Assembly (NCBI GenBank): GCA_038154685.1
Contig: JAYPYW010000004.1
Location: forward strand, 32,473 to 96,472
DNA from: Flavobacteriales bacterium
GTDB taxonomy: Bacteria > Bacteroidota > Bacteroidia > Flavobacteriales_C > GCA-002722245
Reading direction: 5' to 3'
DNA: 64,000 bases
Under the pieces are notes generated by a model, which had not been told where the DNA came from, did not search any database, and saw only the letters and a program-made list of their open reading frames with translations. Made by a program: the position numbers and the translations under genes. Of this stretch, positions 8,753 to 17,670 are shown one piece after another. The first letter of the stretch is position 1, and the number at the start of each line of letters is the position of its first letter.

Positions 8753-10121
8753 CAACTAGTTTTTGTTTTAGCATTTCATTTACCGAAAATTCTATTCCGC
8801 CCAAGCCTTCACCACTAAATCCTTGTCCGCCAAAAGGCATCCAATCAACTCTAAAAGCAGGATGGGTATTAATCATTACCGCAGCACAGTTTAGTTGTTC
8901 GCTAAAATTTATGGATTGGTTAATATTTTGTGTGTAGGCAGCTGATTGAAAAATGTAAGGGGAAGAATTAGCACGTTGAATAGCTTCTTGATCATCAGAA
9001 TAAGAATAAACGCAAATTACTGGTCCGAATATTTCTTCTTGGGTGACTTTACTGGAATCACTGGGATTTAGAAGAATTGTAGGTTCGTAACATTGATTTT
9101 GTAATTTATTTCCTCCACAAATTAAAGTAGCCCCTTCGGTGATAGCTTCCTGAACCCAATCATCAATTCTATTCAAAGCAGCTTTAGAAATAATAGGTCC
9201 AATAGCTGTGGTTTCTTCTTTTTGATTACCTACTTTTTGTAATTGAGCTTGAGTGCTTAATTGCGCGACAAACGAATCTACAATACTTTCATGAACGTAA
9301 ACCCGTTGAGCAGAAACACATACCTGTCCGGCATGATAAAACCCTGCTTTGGCAATTTGCGGAACAGCGTCGGCTAGCTTCGCATCTTCAGCTACAATTA
9401 CTGGAGCATTTCCTCCATGTTCAAGCGCTATGGTTACACCAGGAGCCATCTTGGATTTGATCTTCCATCCAACCTTCGAAGAACCAATAAAGGAAATATA
9501 ACCTAACTGAATACTTTGGGATAACTCAGCTGTTGTTTCATTGTCACATAATAGATAAGTGCACCATTCTTTTGGTAAACCAGCCTCATACAGTAAGTTA
9601 ATCATCTTCTTACTCACCAATGGAGTAGTTAAAGCAGGTTTGTAAATTACTGGGCACCCAGCTGCAACGCAAGGTACAATTTGATGAATAGCTAAATTAA
9701 TCGGGTGGTTAAACGCACTTATAGAAAGCACAACACCCATAGGTGATTTTTTTGTGAAAGCCAATTTATTACTGCTTACACTGTTTAAATCCATGGGAAT
9801 CATTTCCCCTTTAATGTTTTGGATGGCTTGGATTCCCAATTTAACTCCGTTCAGCGCCCTTTTCATTTCAACAACAGAATCCGTAATAGGTTTTCCTCCC
9901 TCAGATAAACTTATTTGAATTAACTCTTCTTGATTGGCTTCCAGTAATTCATAGAATTTTTCAAGAATTTGAATTCTTTGTTCCTTCGGCAATCCATTTG
10001 GATTTGATTTATGAAGGTTAAAAGCAGCTTGAAGCTTTCGAAAAGCTTGTTCTTTTGATTCTAATTCAAGGTTAGAAATTACTTCTGAAGTAAATGGGTT
10101 AACAACGTCCAAATTTGTCAT
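8739..10121 (-). CDS. aldehyde dehydrogenase family protein
   Basis: Catalytic-Glu region (IALEHGGNAP) and catalytic-Cys motif (GQVCVSAQR) in a 460-aa ALDH-length protein. Confidence 0.85.
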   Translation of the reverse strand: MTNLDVVNPFTSEVISNLELESKEQAFRKLQAAFNLHKSNPNGLPKEQRIQILEKFYELLEANQEELIQISLSEGGKPITDSVVEMKRALNGVKLGIQAIQNIKGEMIPMDLNSVSSNKLAFTKKSPMGVVLSISAFNHPINLAIHQIVPCVAAGCPVIYKPALTTPLVSKKMINLLYEAGLPKEWCTYLLCDNETTAELSQSIQLGYISFIGSSKVGWKIKSKMAPGVTIALEHGGNAPVIVAEDAKLADAVPQIAKAGFYHAGQVCVSAQRVYVHESIVDSFVAQLSTQAQLQKVGNQKEETTAIGPIISKAALNRIDDWVQEAITEGATLICGGNKLQNQCYEPTILLNPSDSSKVTQEEIFGPVICVYSYSDDQEAIQRANSSPYIFQSAAYTQNINQSINFSEQLNCAAVMINTHPAFRVDWMPFGGQGFSGEGLGGIEFSVNEMLKQKLVVIQH

Positions 10122-10175
10122 AGCCCTAAAAATAGAAAAGATCTGCGGGATCTACGAGATCCGCGAGCGAATTAA

Positions 10176-11543
10176 TCAAGCAAACAAATCTCGGAAAACC
10201 TCCTCAATCTTTTTGGCCTTGAAAACTTTAATTCCTTTGATGTTTTTTAGCGCACTAAAGTCGTTGTATTCCGAAACATAAATAATTTCGAAACCAAGTT
10301 TAGCAGCTTCTGAAATTCTTGCCGATATTTTTTGAACTGGTCGAACTTCCCCAGAAAGTCCAACTTCCCCAGCAAAACAAACTTTACTAGAAATAGGAAT
10401 ATCTTCTCTGCTAGAAACAATGGCTGAAAGAATGGCTAAGTCAGATGCTGGATCTTCAATTTTAATTCCTCCAGTAATATTCAAGAAAACGTCTTCTAAT
10501 CCTACTTTGAAACCGCATTTTTTCTCCAAAACAGCTAATAACATATTCATTCTGCGAGCATCAAATCCAGTGGCGGATCTTTGCGGAGTTCCATATGCAG
10601 CTCTGGAAACTAATGCCTGAGTTTCTATCATTAATGGTCTTACTCCTTCCAAATTGGCTGTAATGGCTATTCCACTTAAATCCTCTTCGCGAGCAGATAT
10701 TAAGATTTTAGAAGGGTCGATAACTGGTTTTAAACCAGACTCTAACATCTCGTATATCCCTAGCTCATTTGTAGATCCAAAACGGTTTTTTATACTTCTT
10801 ACAATTCTGTAGAAATGATTTCGATCTCCTTCAAATTGCAATACAGTATCAACCATGTGTTCCAAAACCTTTGGTCCGGCTAAACTACCCTCTTTATTTA
10901 TATGACCAATAATGAACGTTGGCAGAGATAAGCTCTTCGAGAAAGCTAATATTTCAAAAGTACACTCTCTGATTTGAGAAACCGTTCCAGGTGCGGAATC
11001 GAGTTTGTCGGAATGTAAAGTTTGAATGGAATCTATGATTAATATATCTGGCTGAAGATTTTCAGCAGCTTTTCTAATAATAGTGGTATCTGTCTCAGTA
11101 AGGATGAAAATGTTATCGGTTGTTTCCGGTTTAACACGATCGGCACGAGTTTTTATTTGTTCATCGCTTTCCTCTCCAGAAACATATAAAACCTTGAATT
11201 GAGGGTTTAATAATGCTACTTGAAGCATCAGGGTAGATTTTCCAATTCCTGGTTCACCTCCAAAAAGAATTAGTGATCCTGGAATAGCTCCTCCACCTAA
11301 AACTCGATTTAATTCATGATCAGTAAAAACTAGTCTCTTTTGAGTTAAAGGGGAAACCTCACTTAAAGATTTAGCTTTTTTAGCGGTTCTACTTGAACCA
11401 GATGAAATAGAGGAAGAAGATTTTTCGGTAATGATTTCCTCTACAAATGAGTTCCAAGCACTACATTGAGGACATTTACCTAACCATTTAGCGGATTGAT
11501 TACCACAACTTTGACAAACAAATGTGGTTTTCTTTTTTGCCAA
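10176..11543 (-). CDS. radA: DNA repair protein RadA/Sms
   Basis: N-terminal C4 zinc finger (CQSCGNQSAKWLGKCPQC), RecA-like Walker A (GEPGIGKST) and C-terminal Lon-like domain. Confidence 0.95.
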   Translation of the reverse strand: MAKKKTTFVCQSCGNQSAKWLGKCPQCSAWNSFVEEIITEKSSSSISSGSSRTAKKAKSLSEVSPLTQKRLVFTDHELNRVLGGGAIPGSLILFGGEPGIGKSTLMLQVALLNPQFKVLYVSGEESDEQIKTRADRVKPETTDNIFILTETDTTIIRKAAENLQPDILIIDSIQTLHSDKLDSAPGTVSQIRECTFEILAFSKSLSLPTFIIGHINKEGSLAGPKVLEHMVDTVLQFEGDRNHFYRIVRSIKNRFGSTNELGIYEMLESGLKPVIDPSKILISAREEDLSGIAITANLEGVRPLMIETQALVSRAAYGTPQRSATGFDARRMNMLLAVLEKKCGFKVGLEDVFLNITGGIKIEDPASDLAILSAIVSSREDIPISSKVCFAGEVGLSGEVRPVQKISARISEAAKLGFEIIYVSEYNDFSALKNIKGIKVFKAKKIEEVFRDLFA

Positions 11544-11942
11544 TTATAGCTCTTTTTGGAATTCATACCATTGAGTTCCACTTTCAGTTTCTCTTCTTAG
11601 AGACATGAACTCTTTTGATAAACTTTGAATGTCCCAGTCACCGTTGTAAACACTACCTCTACAAGGTTCTTCAGGTAAAGCAAGTGTTAAAACGCCATTT
11701 TTCAGGATGTATGCACCATATGCACATGTATCTAATTCGCCTGTCGGTTCATCGTTTTCATCAGCATCGGAAGCCATAACAGCAACTTTAGTATCAGTAA
11801 AAGACCATATATAATCAACATCTTCAGCTGGTTTACTTACTAGGTTCCAGTCACCTAATAGGTATTCTTTGTTCTGCTTGTTACAAGATGAAACAATTAC
11901 TAATAAAACTAGAAATGATAATAAAACTGATAACTTTTTCAT
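11544..11942 (-). CDS. hypothetical lipoprotein
   Basis: Lipobox (VIVSSCNKQ). Abuts radA and is probably co-transcribed with it. Confidence 0.45.
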   Translation of the reverse strand: MKKLSVLLSFLVLLVIVSSCNKQNKEYLLGDWNLVSKPAEDVDYIWSFTDTKVAVMASDADENDEPTGELDTCAYGAYILKNGVLTLALPEEPCRGSVYNGDWDIQSLSKEFMSLRRETESGTQWYEFQKEL

Positions 11943-11977
11943 GGCTCTCTAAATTCCGTTGTGAATATACAAACAAT

Positions 11978-12478
11978 TTAACTTTTACTAAAACTTTGAA
12001 TCTTTGTTACAATATTGGTAGTTGAATAGCCTTCTAAAAAAGGAATAACTTCAACTATTCCGCCATACTCAATTACTTCTTTGGACCCAACAATTGTATC
12101 AATTGTGTAATCTCCACCTTTAACCAAAATATTTGGTTTTATGTTTGAAATTAAATTCATAGGTGTATCCTCATCAAAAACTATAACTAAATCAACAAAC
12201 TCAAAGGCTGCTAACATTAAAGACCTTGATTCAGTAGAATTTATGGGTCTTGTGGGTCCTTTTAATCTATTTACAGATTCAGAGGAGTTTAATCCAATTA
12301 CCAATTTCGAACCTAAATCTTTTGCCTTTGATAAGTAATCGATATGCCCTACATGCAGTATATCAAAACAACCGTTAGTGAATACCAAAGTGTCATTTCC
12401 TGATTTCCATTCCTCCACTTTTTTTAATGCTTGATCAAGTGAAAGTACTTTTGATTCGATTTTATCGTAGGAAGTCAA
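11978..12478 (-). CDS. D-glycero-beta-D-manno-heptose 1-phosphate adenylyltransferase-like cytidylyltransferase (RfaE domain II family)
   Basis: FTNGCFDILHVGH nucleotidyltransferase motif in a 166-aa protein. Confidence 0.7.
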   Translation of the reverse strand: MTSYDKIESKVLSLDQALKKVEEWKSGNDTLVFTNGCFDILHVGHIDYLSKAKDLGSKLVIGLNSSESVNRLKGPTRPINSTESRSLMLAAFEFVDLVIVFDEDTPMNLISNIKPNILVKGGDYTIDTIVGSKEVIEYGGIVEVIPFLEGYSTTNIVTKIQSFSKS

Positions 12479-12829
12479 TTACTTTATTTTATTAGTAGAC
12501 GTTTCTGGGAATACAATGGTTGGCTTAAAGCTTTTTGCTTCTTCAAAATCCATGTGCGCGTATGAAATGATAATAATTATATCACCAACAGCAACTCTTC
12601 TTGCAGCGGGACCATTTAAGCAAATATTACCTGATCCTCTTTCTCCTTTAATAATGTAGGTTTCCAATCGCTCACCATTGTTAATGTTGACAATTTGAAC
12701 CTTTTCACCTTCAATTACATTAGCTGCCTCCATGATATCCTCATCAATAGTAATACTACCAATGTAATTTAAGTCTGCTTCTGTAACAGTAACTCTATGG
12801 ATTTTAGATTTTAATACCTCAACTAACAT
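12479..12829 (-). CDS. panD: aspartate 1-decarboxylase
   Basis: [29 protein letters not shown], including the pyruvoyl-forming GS site. Confidence 0.9.
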   Translation of the reverse strand: MLVEVLKSKIHRVTVTEADLNYIGSITIDEDIMEAANVIEGEKVQIVNINNGERLETYIIKGERGSGNICLNGPAARRVAVGDIIIIISYAHMDFEEAKSFKPTIVFPETSTNKIK

Positions 12830-12870
12830 GCTGCAAAATTACAACTAAAATTTATCTATAGGAAACAATT

Positions 12871-12896
12871 AAAAAAAGGAACCCAAAAGAGTTCCT
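12871..12896 (-). terminator. rho-independent terminator downstream of tRNA-Cys
   Basis: aggaac-ccaaaaga-gttcct hairpin. On the minus strand it is followed by a 7-T run. A-run/T-run flanks make it bidirectional. Confidence 0.55.
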
Positions 12897-12904
12897 TTTT
12901 GTTG

Positions 12905-12976
12905 AGGTTGCGGACGGAATCGAACCGCCGTAGCAGGTTTTGCAGACCTGTGCCTAAGCCCCTCGGCCACGCAACC
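12905..12976 (-). tRNA. tRNA-Cys (anticodon GCA)
   Basis: Hand-folded reverse complement GGTTGCGTGGCCGAGGGGCTTAGGCACAGGTCTGCAAAACCTGCTACGGCGGTTCGATTCCGTCCGCAACCT. It has a 7-bp acceptor stem, anticodon stem CAGGT/ACCTG with loop CTGCAAA, T-loop TTCGATT and discriminator U. CCA is not encoded. Confidence 0.85.
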
Positions 12977-12993
12977 ATTTTTAATTGCTCGCC

Positions 12994-13028
12994 AAAGATA
13001 ATACAAATCCTTTATTGTTTGCAAAATT
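12994..13028 (-). promoter_or_regulatory. Bacteroidetes-type sigmaA promoter for tRNA-Cys
   Basis: On the minus strand, TTG…21 nt…TATCTTTG (the TAnnTTTG -7 element) lies about 16 nt upstream of the tRNA 5' end. Confidence 0.45.
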
Positions 13029-13143
13029 AAGACAAGGTTAATTTTAATAACGAAACTATTTCAGGATAGATTTTACAAATAGAGAACATCAATCAATTGA
13101 GAACAAATGATTACTTTTGTGTAGAATTATTCTAAATAAGGAT

Positions 13144-14244
13144 ATGATCCCAAGTAAAGACCAGGTTTTAGAGGCATTGAGTTCCGTTCAGGAACCAGAT
13201 TTGAAAAAGAATATTGTAGAATTGAATTTAGTGGATGATTTAGTATTCACAGAAAATTCTGTTGCGTTCTCTGTCAAAGTTCACAATCCAGCACTTCACA
13301 ACAGGAAGAAAATGGAAGAGGCTTGTGAGTTTGCAATTCACCGTTTTATTTCGAAAGAAATTAAAGTTAAGGCGGATATCATTCCGTTACCTCAAGATAG
13401 AGAGCCGGAACAAAGAAAGGTTCTACCAGGTGTGAAAAATATTATTGCGGTTTCATCAGGAAAAGGAGGTGTAGGTAAGTCTACAATTACCTCAAACTTA
13501 GCTGTTGGTTTGGCGCAACAAGGATATAGTGTTGGTTTAGTGGATGCTGATATTTACGGACCAAGTATGCCTTTGATGTTTGATGTGGCCAATGAAAAAC
13601 CAACAACAATTGATGTTGATGGTAAAAACTACATTCAGCCAATCGAAAATCATGGGGTGAAAATGTTGTCTATTGGTTTCTTCGCGGACGCTAGTCAGGC
13701 AATTGTTTGGAGAGGACCAATGGCCAGTAAAGCTTTACGTCAAATGTTTATCGATACATACTGGGGAAGCTTAGATTATTTGTTGATTGATTTACCTCCA
13801 GGTACAGGGGATATCCACTTGAGTTTAGTTCAAACAGTTCCGGTAACGGGTGCTGTTGTAGTTTCTACTCCGCAAGGTATTGCCTTAGCAGATGCTAAGA
13901 AAGGGGTTGGGATGTTTCAATTAGAGAATATTAATGTTCCGGTTTTAGGAATAGTAGAGAATATGGCTTATTTCACACCAGCTGAATTGCCCGATAACAA
14001 ATATTACATCTTCGGAAAAGAAGGAGGGATGCAGTTAGCTGAGCAATTAGGAGTGAAACTTTTAGGACAAATTCCTTTAGTTCAAAGCATTTGTGAAGCG
14101 GGTGAAGCTGGAAGACCAGCAATATTGCAGGAGACAACACCACAAGCTATTGCGTTAAAGGAAATGGTTAAAGAAGTTGAAAAAGCAACTGAGGTTAGAA
14201 ATAAGACACAGGAACCAACTAAGTTGGTGAAAATGAATGGATAA
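13144..14244 (+). CDS. Mrp/NBP35 (ApbC) family iron-sulfur cluster carrier ATPase
   Basis: Deviant Walker A (SSGKGGVGKST) and a DUF59-like N-terminal domain. Start placed at MIPSKDQVLEAL rather than the upstream ATG at 13117. Confidence 0.85.
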   Translation: MIPSKDQVLEALSSVQEPDLKKNIVELNLVDDLVFTENSVAFSVKVHNPALHNRKKMEEACEFAIHRFISKEIKVKADIIPLPQDREPEQRKVLPGVKNIIAVSSGKGGVGKSTITSNLAVGLAQQGYSVGLVDADIYGPSMPLMFDVANEKPTTIDVDGKNYIQPIENHGVKMLSIGFFADASQAIVWRGPMASKALRQMFIDTYWGSLDYLLIDLPPGTGDIHLSLVQTVPVTGAVVVSTPQGIALADAKKGVGMFQLENINVPVLGIVENMAYFTPAELPDNKYYIFGKEGGMQLAEQLGVKLLGQIPLVQSICEAGEAGRPAILQETTPQAIALKEMVKEVEKATEVRNKTQEPTKLVKMNG

Positions 14245-14272
14245 CAATTCGTTGAACTCAAAACGAAATTGA

Positions 14273-14524
14273 ATGAAAAGAGAAGAGGTTTTATCTAAGG
14301 TAAATGTTGGTTTAGAGAAAGTTAGACCATTTTTACAATCGGATGGAGGTGATGTTAAAATCATTGATTTGTCGGATGATGGTGTTTTAACCTTGGAGTT
14401 TGTAGGGAACTGTAGTTCTTGCTCCATGAGTAACATGACTTTCAAAAGCGGAATTGAAGAAAATGTATTAAGAGAAGCGCCAGAGGTTAAGTTGGTACAG
14501 GTGACTAACCTTGCCTCCAACTAA
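14273..14524 (+). CDS. NifU-like Fe-S cluster scaffold (Nfu C-terminal domain) protein
   Basis: GGDVKIIDL...LEFVGNCSSCSMS, with the CxxC motif. Confidence 0.8.
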   Translation: MKREEVLSKVNVGLEKVRPFLQSDGGDVKIIDLSDDGVLTLEFVGNCSSCSMSNMTFKSGIEENVLREAPEVKLVQVTNLASN

Positions 14525-14633
14525 TTAAGTTGGCTAAAGCTTCGATAATTAGGGGATTAGTGTTAATTTTGCATCCTCAAAAACTAAACAAATAACTGGG
14601 TCTTTCTCTTTGAAAGGCTTTTTTGCTAAAAAT

Positions 14634-16484
14634 ATGTCACAAATTACAAGTGAAATTAGAGATGAGGTTACGATACTCTTCGCTGGAGATTCTGGGGATG
14701 GTATTCAGTTAACCGGGGGGCAGTTCACAGATACTGCAGCCTTAGTAGGGAACGATATTAGTACTTTCCCAAACTTCCCAGCAGAAATTAGAGCTCCTCA
14801 AGGAACTGTTGCTGGAGTTTCGGGATTCCAATTACATTTTGGTTCCATCGAATTATATACACCTGGTGATAAAGCTGATGTTCTTGTTGTAATGAATGCT
14901 GCAGCTTTAAAATCAAACCTTCAATCTTTAAAGAAGGGAGGGATTGTTATTGCTAACATCGCTGGTTTCGATAAAAAGAATTTAAGATTAGCAAAGTACG
15001 ATGAAGGAGTTAACCCTTTAACTGATGGTACTTTAGATGGTTATAAAATTCATGAAGTTGATGTTACTAAAATCACTCGTGAAACGTTAAAGGAGTCTGG
15101 TTTAGGAACTAAGATTGTTGATCGTTCTAAAAACATGTTCGTACTTGGTTTCTTATACTGGATGTATAACAGAAAGTTGGACAACACAATTAAGTTCATT
15201 GAAACTAAGTTTGCTAAAAAGCCAGAATTAATTGAATCGAACATTGCGGTTTTAAAAGCAGGTTACCACTACGGTGATACTGCTGAAGCAATTGCATCAA
15301 GATTTGAAGTTAAGCCTGCAAATATCAAAGCAGGAACATATAGAAACATTATGGGTAACCAAGCTACGGCAATAGGATTAATTGCTGCTAGTCAGAAAAC
15401 AGGTTTAGATCTTTTCTGCGGAACTTACCCAATTACTCCAGCGTCTGATATCTTACACTTTTTATCGAAGTACAAGAATTTCGGAGTTAAAACTTTCCAA
15501 GCAGAGGACGAGATTGCAGGTATTTCATCGGCAATTGGAGCTTCATTTGGAGGTTTGTTAGGAGTTACAACTTCATCTGGACCAGGTATTGCCTTAAAAG
15601 GAGAAGCAATTGGTTTAGCAAGTATCTTTGAATTACCTTTGGTTATCATCAATGTTCAAAGAGGAGGGCCTTCAACTGGTTTACCTACAAAAACTGAGCA
15701 AGCGGATTTGTTTCAAGCGATGTATGGAAGAAATGGAGAATCTCCTGTACCAGTAATTGCTGCACAGTCTCCTAAAGATTGTTTTGATGCTGCTTACGAA
15801 GCTTGTAGAATTGCAGTTGAGCATATGACTCCAGTTTTCTTATTAACTGATGGATACATAGCTAATGGTTCTGAGCCTTGGGAGGTACTAAATTCAAATG
15901 ATCTTCCTGATATCGAAGTTAAGTTTGCTGAGCCTAGAGAGGCAGATGATCCAGCATTCTTGCCTTATAAAAGAAATGAAAAACTAGTTCGTCAATGGGC
16001 TGTTCCTGGAACAAAAGGATTAGCACACAGAATTGGAGGGTTAGAAAAAGATTTCGAAACTGGTAATGTTTCTTACGACCCTGATAACCATGAAAAAATG
16101 GTTAAGGTTCGTCAGGCAAAAGTTGATGAAATCGCTAACTATATCCCAGAGCAAACTATTGACACAGGAGCCGATTCAGGTGATGTATTATTATTGAGCT
16201 GGGGTTCAACTTACGGAGCTGTTAAAACAGCAACTAAGCAGTTAATGGAAGAAGGATTGAGCATTTCTCATGCTCATGTTAAATATTTAAATCCTCTGCC
16301 TAAAAACTTAGGAGAGCTTATTAAGAAGTTCGATAAAGTAATTATGCCAGAAATGAATAACGGACAGTTTATTAAGATCGTTCGTGAGAAGTATTTGGTT
16401 GATGCAAAAGGGTTAAACAAGATCAAAGGATTGCCATTCGCAACCGATGAGATTGTAAGTTTTGTAAAAGAGGAATTAGCTTAA
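14634..16484 (+). CDS. korA: 2-oxoacid:ferredoxin oxidoreductase, alpha subunit
   Basis: FAGDSGDGIQLTGGQF…FPNFPAEIRAPQGT N-terminal signature. Start moved to the ATG at 14634; the track's start at 14610 is TTG. Confidence 0.85.
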   Translation: MSQITSEIRDEVTILFAGDSGDGIQLTGGQFTDTAALVGNDISTFPNFPAEIRAPQGTVAGVSGFQLHFGSIELYTPGDKADVLVVMNAAALKSNLQSLKKGGIVIANIAGFDKKNLRLAKYDEGVNPLTDGTLDGYKIHEVDVTKITRETLKESGLGTKIVDRSKNMFVLGFLYWMYNRKLDNTIKFIETKFAKKPELIESNIAVLKAGYHYGDTAEAIASRFEVKPANIKAGTYRNIMGNQATAIGLIAASQKTGLDLFCGTYPITPASDILHFLSKYKNFGVKTFQAEDEIAGISSAIGASFGGLLGVTTSSGPGIALKGEAIGLASIFELPLVIINVQRGGPSTGLPTKTEQADLFQAMYGRNGESPVPVIAAQSPKDCFDAAYEACRIAVEHMTPVFLLTDGYIANGSEPWEVLNSNDLPDIEVKFAEPREADDPAFLPYKRNEKLVRQWAVPGTKGLAHRIGGLEKDFETGNVSYDPDNHEKMVKVRQAKVDEIANYIPEQTIDTGADSGDVLLLSWGSTYGAVKTATKQLMEEGLSISHAHVKYLNPLPKNLGELIKKFDKVIMPEMNNGQFIKIVREKYLVDAKGLNKIKGLPFATDEIVSFVKEELA

Positions 16485-16492
16485 AAGTTTGA

Positions 16493-17521
16493 GTGATGGC
16501 AGAAGTAAAAGCAAAAAAAATAACAGCTAAAGATTACGCTTCAGATCAGGATGTAAAATGGTGTCCTGGTTGTGGAGATTACTCGATATTAAAGCAAGTT
16601 CAAAGCGTTTGTGCTGAGCTTGAGTTGGTAAATGATGAAACAGTATTTATTTCAGGAATCGGGTGTTCATCACGTTTCCCATACTACATGGAAACTTACG
16701 GAATGCACTCTATTCACGGAAGAGGACCAGCATTTGTTACTGGTTTAAAAACTTCACGTCCTGATTTAAATGTATGGATGATTACTGGAGATGGAGATTC
16801 ACTTTCTATTGGAGGTAACCACTTCATTCACTTATTAAGAAGAAACATTGATGTAAATGTTCTTTTATTCAATAACCAGATTTATGGTTTAACTAAAGGG
16901 CAATACTCACCAACTTCGGAGAAAGGAAAGGTGACAAAATCAACTCCATTTGGATCGATTGATCACCCTTTTAACCCATTAGCGCTTGCTCAAGGAGCTG
17001 ATGCTACTTTTATTGCAAGAACAATGGATAGAGATCCTAAGCATATGCGCCCGATTTTATTGGAAGCGTCAAAGCATAAAGGAACTTCATTGGTTGAGAT
17101 TTATCAAAACTGTAACATCTTTAATGATGGTGCATTCTTCGCATTTACAGAAAAGGATTCGAAGCCTGATAACACAATTTTTATTGAGCACGGTCAGCCA
17201 TTAGTTTTTGGTAAAGAGAATGATAAAGCGATTGTTTTAGATGGATTTGAACCAAAAGTTGTAAACGTTGCAGATGTTGCTGAATCTGATTTATGGGTGC
17301 ATGATAAATATGATAGAGTTAAAGCTTCGATCTTAGTAAGATTCTTTGATGACCCAAGAGAAGAAGGAGGTTTGCCAAGACCATTCGGAATCTTTTATCA
17401 GGAAGATCGTCCAGTATACGAAGAAGGAGTTCAAGCACAAGTTGAAAGACATGTTGAAGCAAAGGGAGAGCCTAATTTAGATGCCTTATTAGAGGGGCCA
17501 AATACATGGACTATTAAGTGA
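16493..17521 (+). CDS. korB: 2-oxoacid:ferredoxin oxidoreductase, beta (TPP-binding) subunit
   Basis: WCPGCGDYSIL Cys motif and TPP-binding GDGD region. Confidence 0.85.
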   Translation: MMAEVKAKKITAKDYASDQDVKWCPGCGDYSILKQVQSVCAELELVNDETVFISGIGCSSRFPYYMETYGMHSIHGRGPAFVTGLKTSRPDLNVWMITGDGDSLSIGGNHFIHLLRRNIDVNVLLFNNQIYGLTKGQYSPTSEKGKVTKSTPFGSIDHPFNPLALAQGADATFIARTMDRDPKHMRPILLEASKHKGTSLVEIYQNCNIFNDGAFFAFTEKDSKPDNTIFIEHGQPLVFGKENDKAIVLDGFEPKVVNVADVAESDLWVHDKYDRVKASILVRFFDDPREEGGLPRPFGIFYQEDRPVYEEGVQAQVERHVEAKGEPNLDALLEGPNTWTIK

Positions 17522-17542
17522 AAATCTTTTAAGATAAATGAA

Positions 17543-17572
17543 AGCCGGTATCAATTGATATCGGCTTTTTTG
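17543..17572 (+). terminator. rho-independent terminator after korAB
   Basis: agccggtatcaa/ttgatatcggct stem with one mismatch, followed by TTTTTT. Confidence 0.6.
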
Positions 17573-17670
17573 TTTTAAGTTCAATTGGCCCGACTTTTGT
17601 TCATAACCTTCGCCGTTTGTAAGCGATTTTGTGGATTATAGTTTTTATTTTTGAGGGCTGCTATAAGCAA

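Noticed and set aside
10130-10172. Imperfect palindrome gatctgcgggatctacgagatccgcgagc between the radA 3' end and the ALDH start
   Set aside because: The arms do not base-pair well (several mismatches). It is neither a convincing terminator nor an operator.
13117-13143. Upstream ATG (MCRIILNKD) as the Mrp start, and similar 5' extensions at 14610 (TTG), 17629, 34707, 48360 and 50053
   Set aside because: Downstream ATGs give N-termini matching the conserved family starts. The extensions are probably ORF-finder artefacts.
14155-14520. 121-aa minus-strand ORF
   Set aside because: It is antisense to the well-supported NifU-like and Mrp genes.
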